A stretch of 60,516 nucleotides of DNA, the filler included, from Sphacelaria rigidula (taxonomy: Eukaryota): NCBI GenBank assembly GCA_964200075.2. It is 7 parts of 7 records of this genome, joined end to end, with 100 filler letters (N's around TTAATTAATTAA, not from the genome) between each part and the next. Parts side by side here need not be neighbours in the genome. Positions count along the whole stretch, not along the records: positions 25,984 to 34,542 come from CAXNAA020010780.1; positions 34,643 to 43,200 come from CAXNAA020010781.1; positions 43,301 to 51,858 come from CAXNAA020010782.1; 4 more parts are not named here. One strand, given 5' to 3'. Numbering within the stretch: the stretch's first letter is position 1; each line of letters starts with the position of its first letter. A program made the translations under genes and the position numbers. Below are positions 34,397-47,907 of this stretch, one piece after another. The notes below the pieces were generated by a model. That model had not been told where the DNA came from, ran no database searches, and was given only the letters and a program-made list of their open reading frames with translations.

Positions 34397-34720
34397 GCTG
34401 GTTCAGATTGAATACCCAAAATTTATTCCCCGACTGATGACGAACGCAATACCCAGCCAATATGCACAAATAACAGTGTTTTCGTGAGATTGGGAGTAGA
34501 TGATACGATTGAGAGTGAAAAGCGGTCAATTAGTTCATGAATNNNNNNNNNNNNNNNNNNNNNNNNNNNNNNNNNNNNNNNNNNNNTTAATTAATTAANN
34601 NNNNNNNNNNNNNNNNNNNNNNNNNNNNNNNNNNNNNNNNNNATACTCGTTGAGTTTTGGAAAAACACCCACGAGTGCACTCGTCTAAGCGAGTAATGAC
34701 TCGTCCGACCTGTGAATATC

Positions 34721-34980
34721 TGACACTATCAGTGTATTCCATTGACATCAGGCGCCACTCACGCCAACCGGATTGAATGCCAACAGCCTTGAGGAGTATG
34801 GTGTCCAGATACATGGAAACATCAAACTAACCAGAGCAAAAAATGATGGGCCGAAACCGTCCGACACTACCAGTGTATTCCATTGACATCACGCGCCACT
34901 CACGCCAACCGGATTGAACGCCAACAGCCTTGAGGGGTATGGTATCCAGATATGTGGAAATATAAAACTAACCAGACCAA
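34721..34980 (+). repeat. Tandem duplication, about 142-bp period
   Basis: GACACTA.CAGTGTATTCCATTGACATCA...AAACTAACCAGA occurs twice. Confidence 0.88.
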
Positions 34981-37376
34981 GAAGAAAAAAAAACGTGATT
35001 TCCCCCGTACACACCCTTGAAAATATCCAGCCATGTGAAAACTCCGACTCTCTCGAGCTGGTTCAGAAGATGATCGACGATGGTTAGGATTTCCAACCCC
35101 AGGATCATAGTGACTCCATTGATGTTGCGACGGTTCGCGTCAGCTGTGCTCCACCATTCTTGTCATTCAGGACCGCTAGCGGGGAAGTCCTACTAGACTA
35201 TGACCGTCACTGTTGACCCACCCCCGTGAACCTGTCAGTTTTAATTGGACTTCCTGCGGCAACCCGGGTTGTGGCGGTACGGTCGCTGTTTGCTGGAGGT
35301 CGCACCCGGTCGCAGTTTTGAAAGGGTTCACGGTGCACTAGCCGAGACCTGTTCCGACCACAGAGAGTCGGTGAGAAAACTTGCACAGGACACTCTCCAG
35401 TTTGTCAATAAAATCTAGTCACCGGTGCCAGTGTTTTGCGTATCCATCGGTATGAGTTTCATAATCGCGTGAATGTCCCGCGTTCGTAGCGCCTCGCATC
35501 ACCATACATAGACTGAAGGTGGTTCAGTTGAGTCAGGCTCCACTGAATACACACTTGGGATGACACCCTGGTTCAGCAACCTGAACATTTAAGCGTCACC
35601 CACTGCGCACGATTTCAGAGGCAGCAGCCCCCGTGGACCCGATCTTATACCCGACTGTACTACAACACAGTCAATATCCTCAAGTTCTTGAAGGAAGAAC
35701 CAAATTTCCCGCGTCCACAGTTGTTGTACGAGGTTACCAAGGGAACTCGAATCGTACGTTAAAAGGCCTGGTTGACATCGTTTCACCCGCACGTTCCCGC
35801 GGCGTGACGGAAAGTCACGTAAACGTTTACGTTCACATTGGCTCTTCTTCGCTGGAGAACCCCGCGACCACTTGCTCACCTGACCCGGATGCCCGTTCTA
35901 TCATTCGCACCGTATTTTGTACACATCGGTCAAACTTCGTGCGGGTAGAACCTCCGAGGTCTTCACAGAAAACAAGGAAGGTTTGACGTCATTCACATCA
36001 CGATACGATTTGACGGCGAACTTCGCCCTTCCATTTTGCCCCGCCTGCAATTTTAGTGGCAATAATCCCATCTGGTACGATATGAATGTAGACTGTGAAA
36101 CAGGCGTTTCGCCCGTGTTCCGATCCTTGCCGGGCGAACCTGTTGGCAGGTTCGCGGAGTTATTCACTTAAACCCGCCCAAAGACACGGGATCAATCTCC
36201 CGCAAGGTGTTTCAAGAACTAGCCCTACTCTGAACCACACGCATCAACACCTTGGCTTGACGAACGTCGCAGAGCTGCCGGCAGCAAAGTTACGCACCCC
36301 CATCTCCTGGTGGCCTTCGGTCCCTCGAGCACTAGCACGTTCGTAGTGTCCGACAAACGATTGCAGCATCAGGCTTCCTCCAGCCACCACCGCTATTTCC
36401 GGGAGGAACAATCTCCTGCGGCCTTACGGGATCTGGGAAAAAATAGGATTAATTATACGAGCAGGCGGCCCCTCAGATGTCAAGCAATTACCCAACGGAT
36501 CGAAGACATGTATTCGATATTCTTCAAGTACGTTTCGCCTCAAATCGCTCTATTGTGTTGATCTCGAGCTCCAAGCGTCCACTATCTTAATCATCTCCAG
36601 CCCTGGTAGCTCACCATTTCGTTCTTTCGCCCAAAACTGCGCGGCTTCATTTATTCCCCGATTTGCTTCCTATCCTCACGTTTGATTTTACCCAGATATT
36701 TTCTTTCCCAGAAGAATCTCCATTTTCTGGTTGTTGAGAACGGAATTAACTTCTGCCGATACGAACGATTTTTCCCGTAATCTCCCCTTCATTTCTTCCC
36801 GGAAATGTTTCTTTTTCTTGGCTGTTCGAGATAAAACAGAGCTGTTTTCTAAGGGTGACTACTGTACGGGATGAGTTTCTAGAATGCTCGCATTCACTTA
36901 ACTCCGTGGTTACTTCCGGTACTTCCAGGTTCCTTGTTTCTCGGATAATTATTTTTCGGTTTCTCAGTGAGACCAGACCTGATTTTTGTGTTTGTTGAGA
37001 CCAGCTCGTTGTCACACGCTGGCCACGAAGGGCTTAAAGCTTCAATGCGTGACGTACATGGACGGCCTAGCATCCAAACGCTTCGCAGCACCAAATCAAT
37101 CTCCATTTTCAACACATGCGGGCTTTCACGTGCATTCGAATCCGAGTATTCATGTGCTTAACCCCCCACTCCGACCTGTGCTGTCCCGGACAAGCACTCA
37201 ACACACGACATTGCGGTCAATGATGAATAAATTGATCACTGATGAATTCGCAGCCTTGGCTGAGATCTCTCTCGATGGGCGCCGCGGCGAGAGCCACATG
37301 TGCCTTGAACATGTATACTATATATATATATACATGTGTGTATACGCTATACACATTGGAGAGACGCAAGCCGGTC

Positions 37377-37729
37377 GCCCCGGTGGCTCAGTTGGTAACC
37401 TCGAAACCTGCTGACGGTTGGGTCGTGAGTTCGATTCTCGGAGAGGTCTGAGATTTTTTCTCACACAATACCCAACAGTGGGGAGCGACTATGTTGTGCG
37501 TACACAAAAAAATCGACTTAACGGTCGACGAGGGAAAGGGATTGCTGAACCCCTCTCGCGATAAAAATAAAGGCAAGCACCGCAGAAGGAATGTACGGCA
37601 ATAAATACAAAGAAAAAATAAAAAGCTCCTGTGTTGACCTTCCTTCTGTGTGACCTCGGCTAGTGCGCCCACATATAGCAAAAGGTGTAAACCGCCGTCC
37701 AGAATAGAGGGGACGACAACACACACACG
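37377..37729 (+). mobile_element. tRNA-derived SINE (family B) with (CA)n tail
   Basis: GCCCCGGTGGCTCAGTTGG (A box), GAGTTCGATTC (B box), body ending GGGGACGACAACACACACAC. Possible TSD ATTGGAG at 37355 and 37733. Confidence 0.82.
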
Positions 37730-37734
37730 CATAT

Positions 37735-38264
37735 TGGAGCTAGGAAATTGTACCAGTTATAACTGGTCGTTATCATTCTAATATTAATGATGGTTGTATG
37801 AAAATTTGGATCATGGTTTCAAACCATGATATACGGTTACCTACTTCATAAACTGTTACCGGCTACGTATGCTATATCCAGCACACAGCTACAACAGAGA
37901 GTACACAACAGGCAGCAGCAGCCCTGGGCCCGTACTTCACTTCTGCTTTTTTTCGATCGAAAATTGAAAAAACTAGAGAAGACGGTACTATATATTTTTC
38001 GATAAAAATATTAAATGGGTTACTTTTTTTCTGATCGAGATTTCAAGCCAAGTGCACTATGGTTTTGCCCTGAAATTTTGCCCAAGTTTAACGTACTTTC
38101 AGCTCTGGTGAAGCCAAATTGCGTAAAAACGTGCCTCCGGCACGGCGCCTCCTCTGGCGGGGCCCCCTCTGCCGGACGGGGCCTTTTTGCTCGCGGCTGC
38201 CCCGCTCGGTGACCAAACCATCATGTACCGTTTAACTGGTTAGACAAACCATTTCCGAGCTCTA
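37735..38264. mobile_element. hAT-like MITE
   Basis: Imperfect TIRs TGGAGCTAGGAAATTG / CCATTTCCGAGCTCTA with AACTGG/AACC subterminal motifs. No TSD recognised. Confidence 0.55.
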
Positions 38265-38512
38265 ACCTATATGTATTTATGTATATACACGTATATTATG
38301 TATACATATACATATATATATTTGTGTGAATAACCTTGTCCTCCTTTTTCATCCTCAAAATCCCCCACATTCAAATAACAGCGACAGTTTGAGCCGGGCG
38401 ATCATCCGTAAATGTCGCCGGGCGATGGACATCAGCCTTCGGGCCCTGCGGGTTGGGTATTTCAACATGGGCGCACAGCATTTCGCCAGTAGGCGTTGCC
38501 GAAGTGCCCTCC

Positions 38513-39293
38513 AAACGTCAGTTCTAGTTCGCGGGAGCCCTTGTCCGGCAGGAGGGAACACACCTTCCTAAGCGCGTCATGAATGGTCGGTCAGCCACAC
38601 GAGGGCCCAAGGAGGCCGATCCCCCCCCCAAGCAAAGGGAAGATACCCTCCAGGAGAACATACGCGCACTAGGGGCTGTCCCGCACAAACGAGCCCGACG
38701 GAAGTGGTTCGTCTACGGTGTAGAGGTTAATGATACATACGATTGAGTCACTGCGGCGAAGAACATGGGCAAATGATACAATGGAGTCGAAAAATGGAGC
38801 GGAAAAGTTGCAGGACATGTGGCGACGTGCGAACAAACGAGTATCAGACCGCCGTCACAAACGAGAGGCTGCTGCGTCGCGGGCCGCCAATCGAAGAATC
38901 CCCTCTGCTCATATCGGTCGTTGATTACGCCCTTGGTCGGTGGCTCTGCGGTGCCCACAGGTGTGTCTGTATCTACGCTGCAGCCCTAAATCCCTTGGGT
39001 TTTTCCCTTTTTATTATTTGCTTTTTTATTTATTTATTTTCGTTTTCATCTCATTTTCCTTCTTTTGTTTAGATCGGCCATTTCTTCCTGTGCTTTGATT
39101 TTGTTGGTTTTTCATCATCCCTTTTTCACGTCTTAGCCTACTCTGTCGTTCTGTTCGATTCGTTTCGTTCCTTCTTGTTCCTTCGGCGAGTTACTCGGTT
39201 TTGTTTTGCTTGGGTACGTTCATCATGTAACCACGGCTGGGCTCCTGGGAGGCCAGTTGAAGTGCGACAATTAATCAAACCAAATCAATCAAA
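38513..39293 (+). mobile_element. 5'-truncated RTE-clade LINE: degenerate ORF C-terminus, 3' UTR and (TCAA)-like tail
   Basis: Translates KRQF*FAGALVRQEGTHLPKRVMNG...PPKQREDTLQENIRALG...*VTAAKNMGK*YNGVE..GAEKLQDMWR, the RTE-type post-RT motifs, followed by a T-rich UTR. Confidence 0.82.
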
Positions 39294-40661
39294 GGTGTCT
39301 ATAGCCAGTCCCTCTTGGATACCCAGCATTTACGAAGAGACGGTCGGGCAAAGCCAAGTTCGCTCGTCTCTGGCACTTTGTCAGAGAGTATAGACCTCTC
39401 ACTGGTCGCGTACCGAGGCGTCCCCTTCACTGGGTAGAGAAGCAGAGGGTATCGAAGGCCCCGAGCGCGGCGACATGACATGCGCCCCTCACCCTGGACG
39501 AGGTTTTCCGCTGGGCTGTCATCCCCGTGTGATGGCGCCGTCGCACCAGGACCGCTTAAGTCCCTAGTCTGTTAAACCCCGAGCTGAATTCACCACGACA
39601 AATGGCCTGAACGAGTGACCCGTTGACCTTTGCACCCTCGCCACTTTCGTCGGAGGAGCATTCCGGTGAGCTTCTACCCCATTCTCCGCCGCAATGCCGT
39701 TCGTCAAGAGATACCCGCCGCACACGACGTTGGCACAGTAGAATTCGTGGAAAGCGCTGTTTCGAATGCCTCATTTACTTGGATACAAACAGGTTGATCA
39801 GATCCAGGTATGCGGAAACATCACCCCATGTTCACCGACACTCCTAGGCAGAACATGTCCTACCTCCATACCGAAGTCCAGCTGTGCGTGGGGTGAGCAG
39901 GTCGAGCCTGCTGTGGAATCTTTGCCGCAGGCGATAGATCTTGCCAAGCGCGGCGAGCGTATTTTTCGATGGCGCCATTACTACCGACGAAAAGGTCACA
40001 CATTTACTGTCGCACCCTTGTTTCTCCTTGGGACGATTGTCGGTGGAGAAAGAGCGTAAGCGGCGTCACTGCCGCACCCATTTCTCTCGCACTTCAGCTT
40101 CATCGCCTATTCACAGTGCGAATAATACCCAATCAACTGCTGAACCTCTCCGGGCACTCGCAAGTCGGCTGATGGTCACCACCATCGCGGGTTAAACAAT
40201 AAGCGAATTGGTGTTCTCGGGCTTGGTTCTTGAGTCTACGCACAAGATACGCTAGGGCTATCGGCCATGATCTATCGCCAGTCTCTAGCCGTATTGTTGA
40301 TATCGTATTCCCGCTTTGAGCCACAATATTGGCACTTCTGGTGCACCGGCGCGTATCGCTATAACAATTTCTTCAAGCATTTCCCCCACCCTCATGTTAA
40401 ATGCGTAGGATGACCATCACCCACGATCAGCGGCATAGAAACCACAGAAGCTTTCGCCTCATCTGTAAGGGCCACCAACTTCATATGATAAAAGCGATGT
40501 AGGAAGGCCGGCCAATATATCTAGTTGGAGCTTAGCATACCCCTGAGCAATTTGTGCGAGACGATGCGTCGGGAAGGCATGAACCGCACCTCTCGTTACA
40601 TATGTTCAAAAACATCGCTATAAGCCTATGGGGGGTTGTCAGTGAATCAATATGGTACACC

Positions 40662-42740
40662 CTACCTCTTACCGACTTCACTCCCTACGTACCTCTTTTC
40701 CTCCCGGCGATAATATCCGGCCTGACCATAGCCAGTGGGTGAGTGGCCGCGATGGCCCCCACCCTGCGCCCCCGCGCCACTCCGAGGCGACCCGCCGCCG
40801 TATATGGGCGGCCCCGAGCGGGGCCGCCCCCCTCCCCTCAACTCGCCCCTTGCACGGTGGGCCAGCACCCCCTCTCCTCTCGGCAAGAGGTCCCGTTGTA
40901 GGCGGTCCCAGTCCCAAAGAGACCAATCTTGGGGACAAGTTTTCTTTATTGCGCGCAATTCGTGCATATACGCCTTCAGCGCGTGCGGAGGGCACACCGC
41001 CTGACAGTGTGCAATCTCCTCCAGCGAAAGACGCACCCGCCGCGGGCCATGGCCGTTGGCTCGTCCAGGCTGCGCCTGTCCATGCAGACCTGGGTTTACT
41101 GAAACCTGTTGACCAGTCGCCCCCCACGCCCTCGTAGGTGAGCGAGGGACGCCCGAGACCGCCACTTCGGTACCACCTACACCGACGGCCACCGGCCGCC
41201 GAGGCACGTCTAATTTCATTGCAAGAGGCGGCGGGACTAGCGCGTCGATCACCGCTTCCCCCGAGGTCGCGCCCACCGACAGACGGGAAGGATCCGTGTT
41301 GGCCGACAGGATCTGTTGATCCAGGGAGACCTCAACCCGTCCGACATCAGCGACCGCCGGGCGGGAATGCTCCGAGTTGACCGGTAGGGCAGGAGAGGTC
41401 TGCGAGGCCGACGCGACATCCGCCTGCCCTACCGCCACTGTTGCGGCTGCCTGTGGAGAAAGCTCCGCCCGCATCACCGGCTGAGGAGGTTCCTTTTCTG
41501 CTGCCAGGCGGGAATGCGCCGAGTTGACTGGCAGGGCCGGAGAGGCCTGCGAGGCCGACGCCACATCCGCCTGCCCTACAGCCGCTATGGCGGCCGCCTG
41601 TGGAGAAAGCTCCGCCCGCATCACCGGCTGAGGAAGTTCCATTCCGGCTGCCGCCGGAGCAGCCACGGCCCCGCCCGATCCCAACCGCGGCGACGAACTC
41701 ATCGCCCCGGTCGATGGAAGCCGAGAAGGCGGCAGTGCCGAGCTGGACGCAGCCGCAGGTGCAGCCTCCACCGAACCTCTTGCTGCTATGCTCGCCCCAC
41801 CAACGGCTGGCGCCAACAGCCCGTCTGCCGTCTCCTCTGCGCGGATAGCAGTTAGGCGGGGTATGAGAGAAGAATAAAAGGCTCCCGCCCGGAGCGCGTA
41901 GCGAGAAATTTCTTTCTCACGGTTGACACGGGCATCCAAGGCAAGGCAACGACATTTGTTTTCTTCGGTCGTTGAATCAGCCGCGGCCTCCCGCGCTCTG
42001 TTCCAGCGTTCGACGACCTGAGCCAGTACCGTCGCCGCCTGTTGGTCCTCCTCCACCGCGATCCGCTTAGCCTTCACCGCCCGGTCCCATTCCCTGTTAG
42101 TCACCTCGGCTGCCACAATAGCGGTCGTGATCATAGCCCCCGCCTCCTGGAACAAACACGAGTCAACACCCGACGGAGCGTCACCCAAAACATCGAACCG
42201 CCCTCCGCACACAACCGGGGTCGGGCGTAAGACCAAACCGTCCTGTGCGATTGCTTGGACAAGGACCCATCAACCCCCACAACCCCGCGGGCTCCGAATT
42301 TCGCGGAGGACTGCTTACCTGCACTAGCCAAGGATCAACCCCAGCGTTCGAAACGCAACGGCTTCAGGAGCCAAACCCTCCTTTGTGATTGCTGGAACAG
42401 GGACTTATCAACCCCTATAACACCTCGGGCTCCGGATTTCGCGGAGAACTGCTTGCCTACACCAGCCCCCCCACCGTGTGAAAGCCTTTCCCCTGCCCAG
42501 CGACGGTGTGGGGGAGGGGACGACGCACGAATAGATCACGTCGGCTGTACCCACAGCTTTACCAGACATCAACGCGTGCTTATCAGAGGTCAAGCAAACC
42601 AACAGGGTCCGCACTTCGGACACTACATCACCCATTACCTTCTGTTCTTCCGCCACAGAGGACATCCGACACCACATCGCTGGCCTTGGTGCCTGCTGTA
42701 CCAGGGGGTACGAACTTTCCGCAGAGCCTACCGACACAAA
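40662..42740 (-). pseudogene. Long intronless Ala/Pro/Gly-rich ORF (524 aa open at 40662-42236) with frameshifted upstream part; probable retroelement gag/ORF1-like
   Basis: Coiled-coil N-terminal part, a 49-aa internal duplication and an RG-rich C-terminus. Degenerate coding continues on both sides. No diagnostic motif recognised. Confidence 0.45.
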
Positions 42741-44666
42741 ACACGGGTGAAATGTGAAAATGGACCGCCGACGCGACGTGAGGAGAGATCACCCGAGGAC
42801 GGACCGCCACGGGCGGGCGGTCTCATATCGACACGATCCAGACAGCTATGACCACTCTCGTTTGCATCAACCCTCTCTTCGTCACCTGGTCTTGAGGATG
42901 CGCATCAGGCTTTAGGATGCAACTGATATGATATATCGATATGACTCACAACAATACCCCGTAGATCGGAGTACTGTACCATATCCGGTAAAAATAATAT
43001 CCCTTTTATCGGAGTACTGCATCATATCCGCTATATCAACCTTCTTTGGGTGCTGTGGTAGGTCGAGCCTGCAGAAAGAGTGCCGAGAGAGATAAATAGA
43101 GATGTAGAGAGAGAAAGAGAGAGGGGAGGGGTGTACTCATGATCATGCATGCCATAGTCATATGACCATTGAGCTCGCATCCCTAGAATGCCGGGACGGA
43201 NNNNNNNNNNNNNNNNNNNNNNNNNNNNNNNNNNNNNNNNNNNNTTAATTAATTAANNNNNNNNNNNNNNNNNNNNNNNNNNNNNNNNNNNNNNNNNNNN
43301 ACGAAGATTTTAATCCTCCGGGTTCTTATCCTCAATCAAAAGCACCATCCTCAACATAGATGATTGGCTGTTACTTCTGCAAACCGTACTCTAAGGAGCA
43401 ACATATGTTCGATAGTGTCGCAAAGGTCCTCATGGCACACATTGGCTCAGGAGCATACGTTCATTCGTCTAATGTCCATTGTGCTTTCAGTAGCATGTTG
43501 CGTGATGCCGGCGATGGCATTCTGAACGGAGGTTTCCAATCCTGTAAATACTCTTGTGGAAGTAGACCTAAGCTATGGGAGTTTCTCACAATTTATTCCT
43601 CCCGTCATCGTTTTAACCCCCCTCGTCGGTTCGGAATGAGCCCTTTGTATCAAGAAATAAAATCGTATCTTCCAATTTTCCTGCCTTACATTTGTTTCGT
43701 CGGTCACTGGATCATGACTATCAGCACTGTCGCTGCCCATTGACTTCCATCCAGAATGAATTTTCTACTCAAACCCTCGCGCTGTAAGCGACCGGAAACA
43801 GATACTCTTGCAAATGGGCTATTGTGTTCACACTGTATCTGTCGGGATTCGAACTCAGCCAGTCTGTCCAAACTGGCCGTTGCTCTTCCAGTCTGACAAT
43901 GGGAGCGCGACCGCTCTACCGTATCGGTAAACAGGCACAGGTACAGCAGTGAGAGCAGTCAAAGATAGGGGTCGCACACCAACAGCCACAACTTTCTGCC
44001 TCCCCTGCCACCGTCGTCATGGAGTGGTTGCTATGCTGGTGACAACAAAGTACCCATGAAGACCGGCTTCAGATTTTTGGTTGAATGATTGATTGTCTCA
44101 CTTTAACTGATCGGTTTCATAGAAATGGAAAACGTGCTACCCGAGAAACACCGGATTATGTTGTAATTATTATAGTTCGATCCGTTAGACACCAGGAAGT
44201 GTCGACCTTATGCCCAGGGTACTGCTAGTGTGAGACGTTTTCATCACTTCGCGTGCCCAAGGGTTCGAACCACTTTCCCACAGCGAGGCAGTAAACTCGG
44301 GCTGACATTTCGAAAAAACAATATTTTCTCATAGTGCCCGCCCTTCTCAGGATCATGTCAACATCCACAGACAGTTGACATACCTGTGGTCTACGTTGTA
44401 TGATAAACAGCCTCGAATCAAAGACGTTGTTGGAGGAGCCCCTCACGCCACTGCTCATTCGTGCTCATTGCCTGTAGGCCTCATGTGTGATGCGAAACGT
44501 CCGACACACGCGCCTTTCATTGGACATTTGAATTCATAATGGAGAACCGTCGCACAAAGGGGGGGGGCAAACACTATGAGTAATCAAGCTGCCTGCGTGG
44601 TGGACACATGCCCCTCTCACTTTTTGTCCCGGAATACGCAGGTTTCGCATTTCCCACTTCTAGCAG

Positions 44667-47600
44667 ACGTTGACACCTACTACCGACATCACCCACATCA
44701 CCACCTCCAGCACACTCACGACATGCCGCACTACCCCACCAACCACGACCCCGTCACAGCTGCGCCGAAAAGCAGAAACAAGACTTCAAACACCGACAAC
44801 AACGGAGGCGGGGGTTCAGGTGGCGAGGGTGGCGATGGCATCAGCTACTTCTCTCAAGGCAACAGTAGAAGTGCTGCTGCCTATAACAAGGCATTCCGTC
44901 ACCCGGCACCAGTGACAAACCTTGCATCCAACGGAAACAGAAAGGCCAACGGAAATGTTCAGGCCAACCGTGCACTTCAAGCCAACGGTACCGTTCATGC
45001 CAACGATACCATGGCTCAAACCGTCATTCCCGGGTGGGGTTCAGCGGCTGCAAATAGCCGGCTTGTGGCAAAACCGACTCACAAGCGAGAACGTGGGATC
45101 GGGCAGCCATTACGCGCACACCCCACAAATATTACCGCGTCATCGAGACCCTTTTCCTCGTCTGGTGTCGAAAATTCCACCAACAGAATAGTGGAAGGTT
45201 CATCTTGCAACAATTCAATGGGGATTGCCGCAGGTGGTCGGGTCTCCAACAGTAGCGTCAATGCGTTGGGAGGAAGGGCTACCGGAAACGGGGCGCAAAG
45301 GCACGCAGCTGCTGATGACATCGCAGGTGAACGTTCAATGTTCAATATTTAGTCTCTGGTTTTCGACCGGTTCGTGGTCTTCACTTGTCAAATCAGCCGA
45401 AGAGTATGGACCGATGATTCCGGTAGTGAATGGTGTTGCTCCCAAGACCATGCGGCTGTCAAGGGCCCCCAGCAGTCAATAATATTGACTTCCAAGTCAC
45501 GAGCTGCATGTCTGAGGGGTCGAGAATCCTCAGTGACCAGCGATGGGGTTCAATACGTCGTGTATTCGATTCACTGAGAGTAAATACCGCTCGCGACCAT
45601 GGTCTTGGGCTTACCGCCTCTGCGCTTGCTTCCTTTTCCCACAGTTAAGACATGGCCGGTGTTGAACGGATCGCGCTATTCTTTTGATGGGCGGTTCAGT
45701 ACTGCTCACTTCAGCCCTATATTCCCTCGTAAACCGCCGCCCTAACTATCCCTGTTCAAACGTCATGCGTATTGGTTTCCGCAAATATGCCACCGCCCGT
45801 GTACTGAAACCCACGCTGACCGGATAGTAACCCTCCTTTGTCGTCGTACTCATCACTGTCCAGCTCCGCCCTAGTCATCAATACCCCCGATCCCTTGCCC
45901 ACCAATCACATTACATCAGGCGGCAAGGCAGCTATTGCAAGGATCGGGCACACGACAGCGACCACCCCAGCCGGCGGACACAAACCATTCGCGCCCCGCA
46001 GCCCTGCACTGGCAACGGACGCCGGGGCTAGGCTGATTGTCGGCCGTGTCTCGGCCCCGCCCACCCCTTCTTCCGCGCATCATCACCACTGGCCTACCTC
46101 GACCCACACTAGTACCGGAAGAGCTAACGTAGGAGGTGGGGGAGGTGGGAGCGGGGGGGGGCAATATCAAAGTATTGGACAGGTGTCATACGCGCCACAT
46201 GCATCCAACGCTTCGCATGATATTCAGGTTTCGCATGCTGTACACCATCGACCCTTGGGTGCAAACAGCGGTAGCGCCGTCGTGTCAAACAAGGCCCATG
46301 CTAGTCCTTTGTATGGAGGGGGCACCAGGGAGTTCACCACGAGGGACGGGGAAGGGATAGGAACGGCGCATGGAGGAGGGGCGACGGCGAGGGGAACCAG
46401 CTGGGTTCAGGGCAGCGAACATGAGAGGGGAGGCTTGGAGGGACGTGGACACTACGGTGAGCTTACATGCGGTACAGGAAATGAAGGACGAGTGGGGCGG
46501 ACGTGAATGATATGATCCAATCGTACGGCGTTCCTGCAATGGTATCTAGAGTATCTCGTCCCGTGAAAGTCCCTCCCGGATTGCTTTCGATGGTAGAGTA
46601 TTACTTCACATACCTAGGTGATCAATATCGACCGGTGCGCCCCAGCCGGGACCTGAAATTGAAACCCCTCATTTATCAGCCATTGCGACCATCATCACCT
46701 GATTACGCGCCCGACCCGACCTCAAAGTGCGCAACGGCCGTACCAACACATGGTGTTGATTAATGCCCGATGCCCGGACAGCGAGCAACACAGGCGAGGC
46801 TGTTGGTGCATTCTCAGACGCAGGAGACGTGGTAGCGAATGGCAATAGCCTACCGAACTCGATTCGAAACGGGGGCCGTATTTTAGCTGGGGGGGGGACA
46901 GGTGGTGGGGAGGACGGGGTAGTGCTGCCCGGACCGGAGGGGGGAGTGGAGGTGCGGGAGTTGAATGGAGGCATGCTTGTGGTGAGAAGGACTGCCGATG
47001 AGAAAAAAAGGACCCCCGAGAGGCTCAACTTGCACCGGAGACAGCTCAAGTCTTGTCCGGTCATTCAGGTTTTGTTGCATGTGTTCGTTGTGATGTCTGC
47101 GGATGCTCCTTTGTCCTGGAGTTTGCGTTGCGTTTTTAATATCAAATGCTCCAATTTCACGGAAGACGGTACAAATGCTGTGCTCGAGCTGAGTTCTCAG
47201 ATCTTGCTTGTTACGATCTTGCATGGCACGATCTCGTTGGTGCTCAGCTTTTTACGAGTGTTTTTTTTTTAGTGTTTTTTTTTTCCCTCAAATCCCCAAC
47301 TTTGCCCAATTTGCAGCTCAAGGTCTGGATCTCTTCTTTCTCATCCTTTTTTTCTTCTTCAGATTGGGGTTCATGGTTCAAAATCGTATGACATGGCAAC
47401 ATTCCGTTTTGTCTTTCGCGTTTTTACTGTCGGGACATACTCCAGGGAGACAGTCGGCTACGACTGCTGAACTACCAGAATAACCTCATAACCAAGATCA
47501 CAAACCTGGCCAACCTGCCGAGCCTGATATTCCTCGACATGTACAACAACCTCGTGAAAACCCTCGAGGGCCCGCTGTCCACCATGACCACGCTTCGGGT

Positions 47601-47809
47601 GTTGATGGCGGGCAAAAATAAGATACAGCAGGTACGTACCAGGTCGCAGTTCGCACTAGAGAGCGGGTCGGCGCAAAGGTGGGGAGATGAAGATACAACA
47701 AAGATCATGAGAAGAACAAATTGTGAATGATTTTGATAGGGTCCTAGTGCGCATGCTTTTTCCGCCTCCTTACGTTAAGCAATGCAGCAGGAACCGGACG
47801 TTATTGTTA

Positions 47810-47907
<98 letters not shown>

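Noticed and set aside
43840-43930. tRNA-like B box (GAGTTCGAATCC on the minus strand)
   Set aside because: No convincing cloverleaf or second copy; at most a decayed SINE head.
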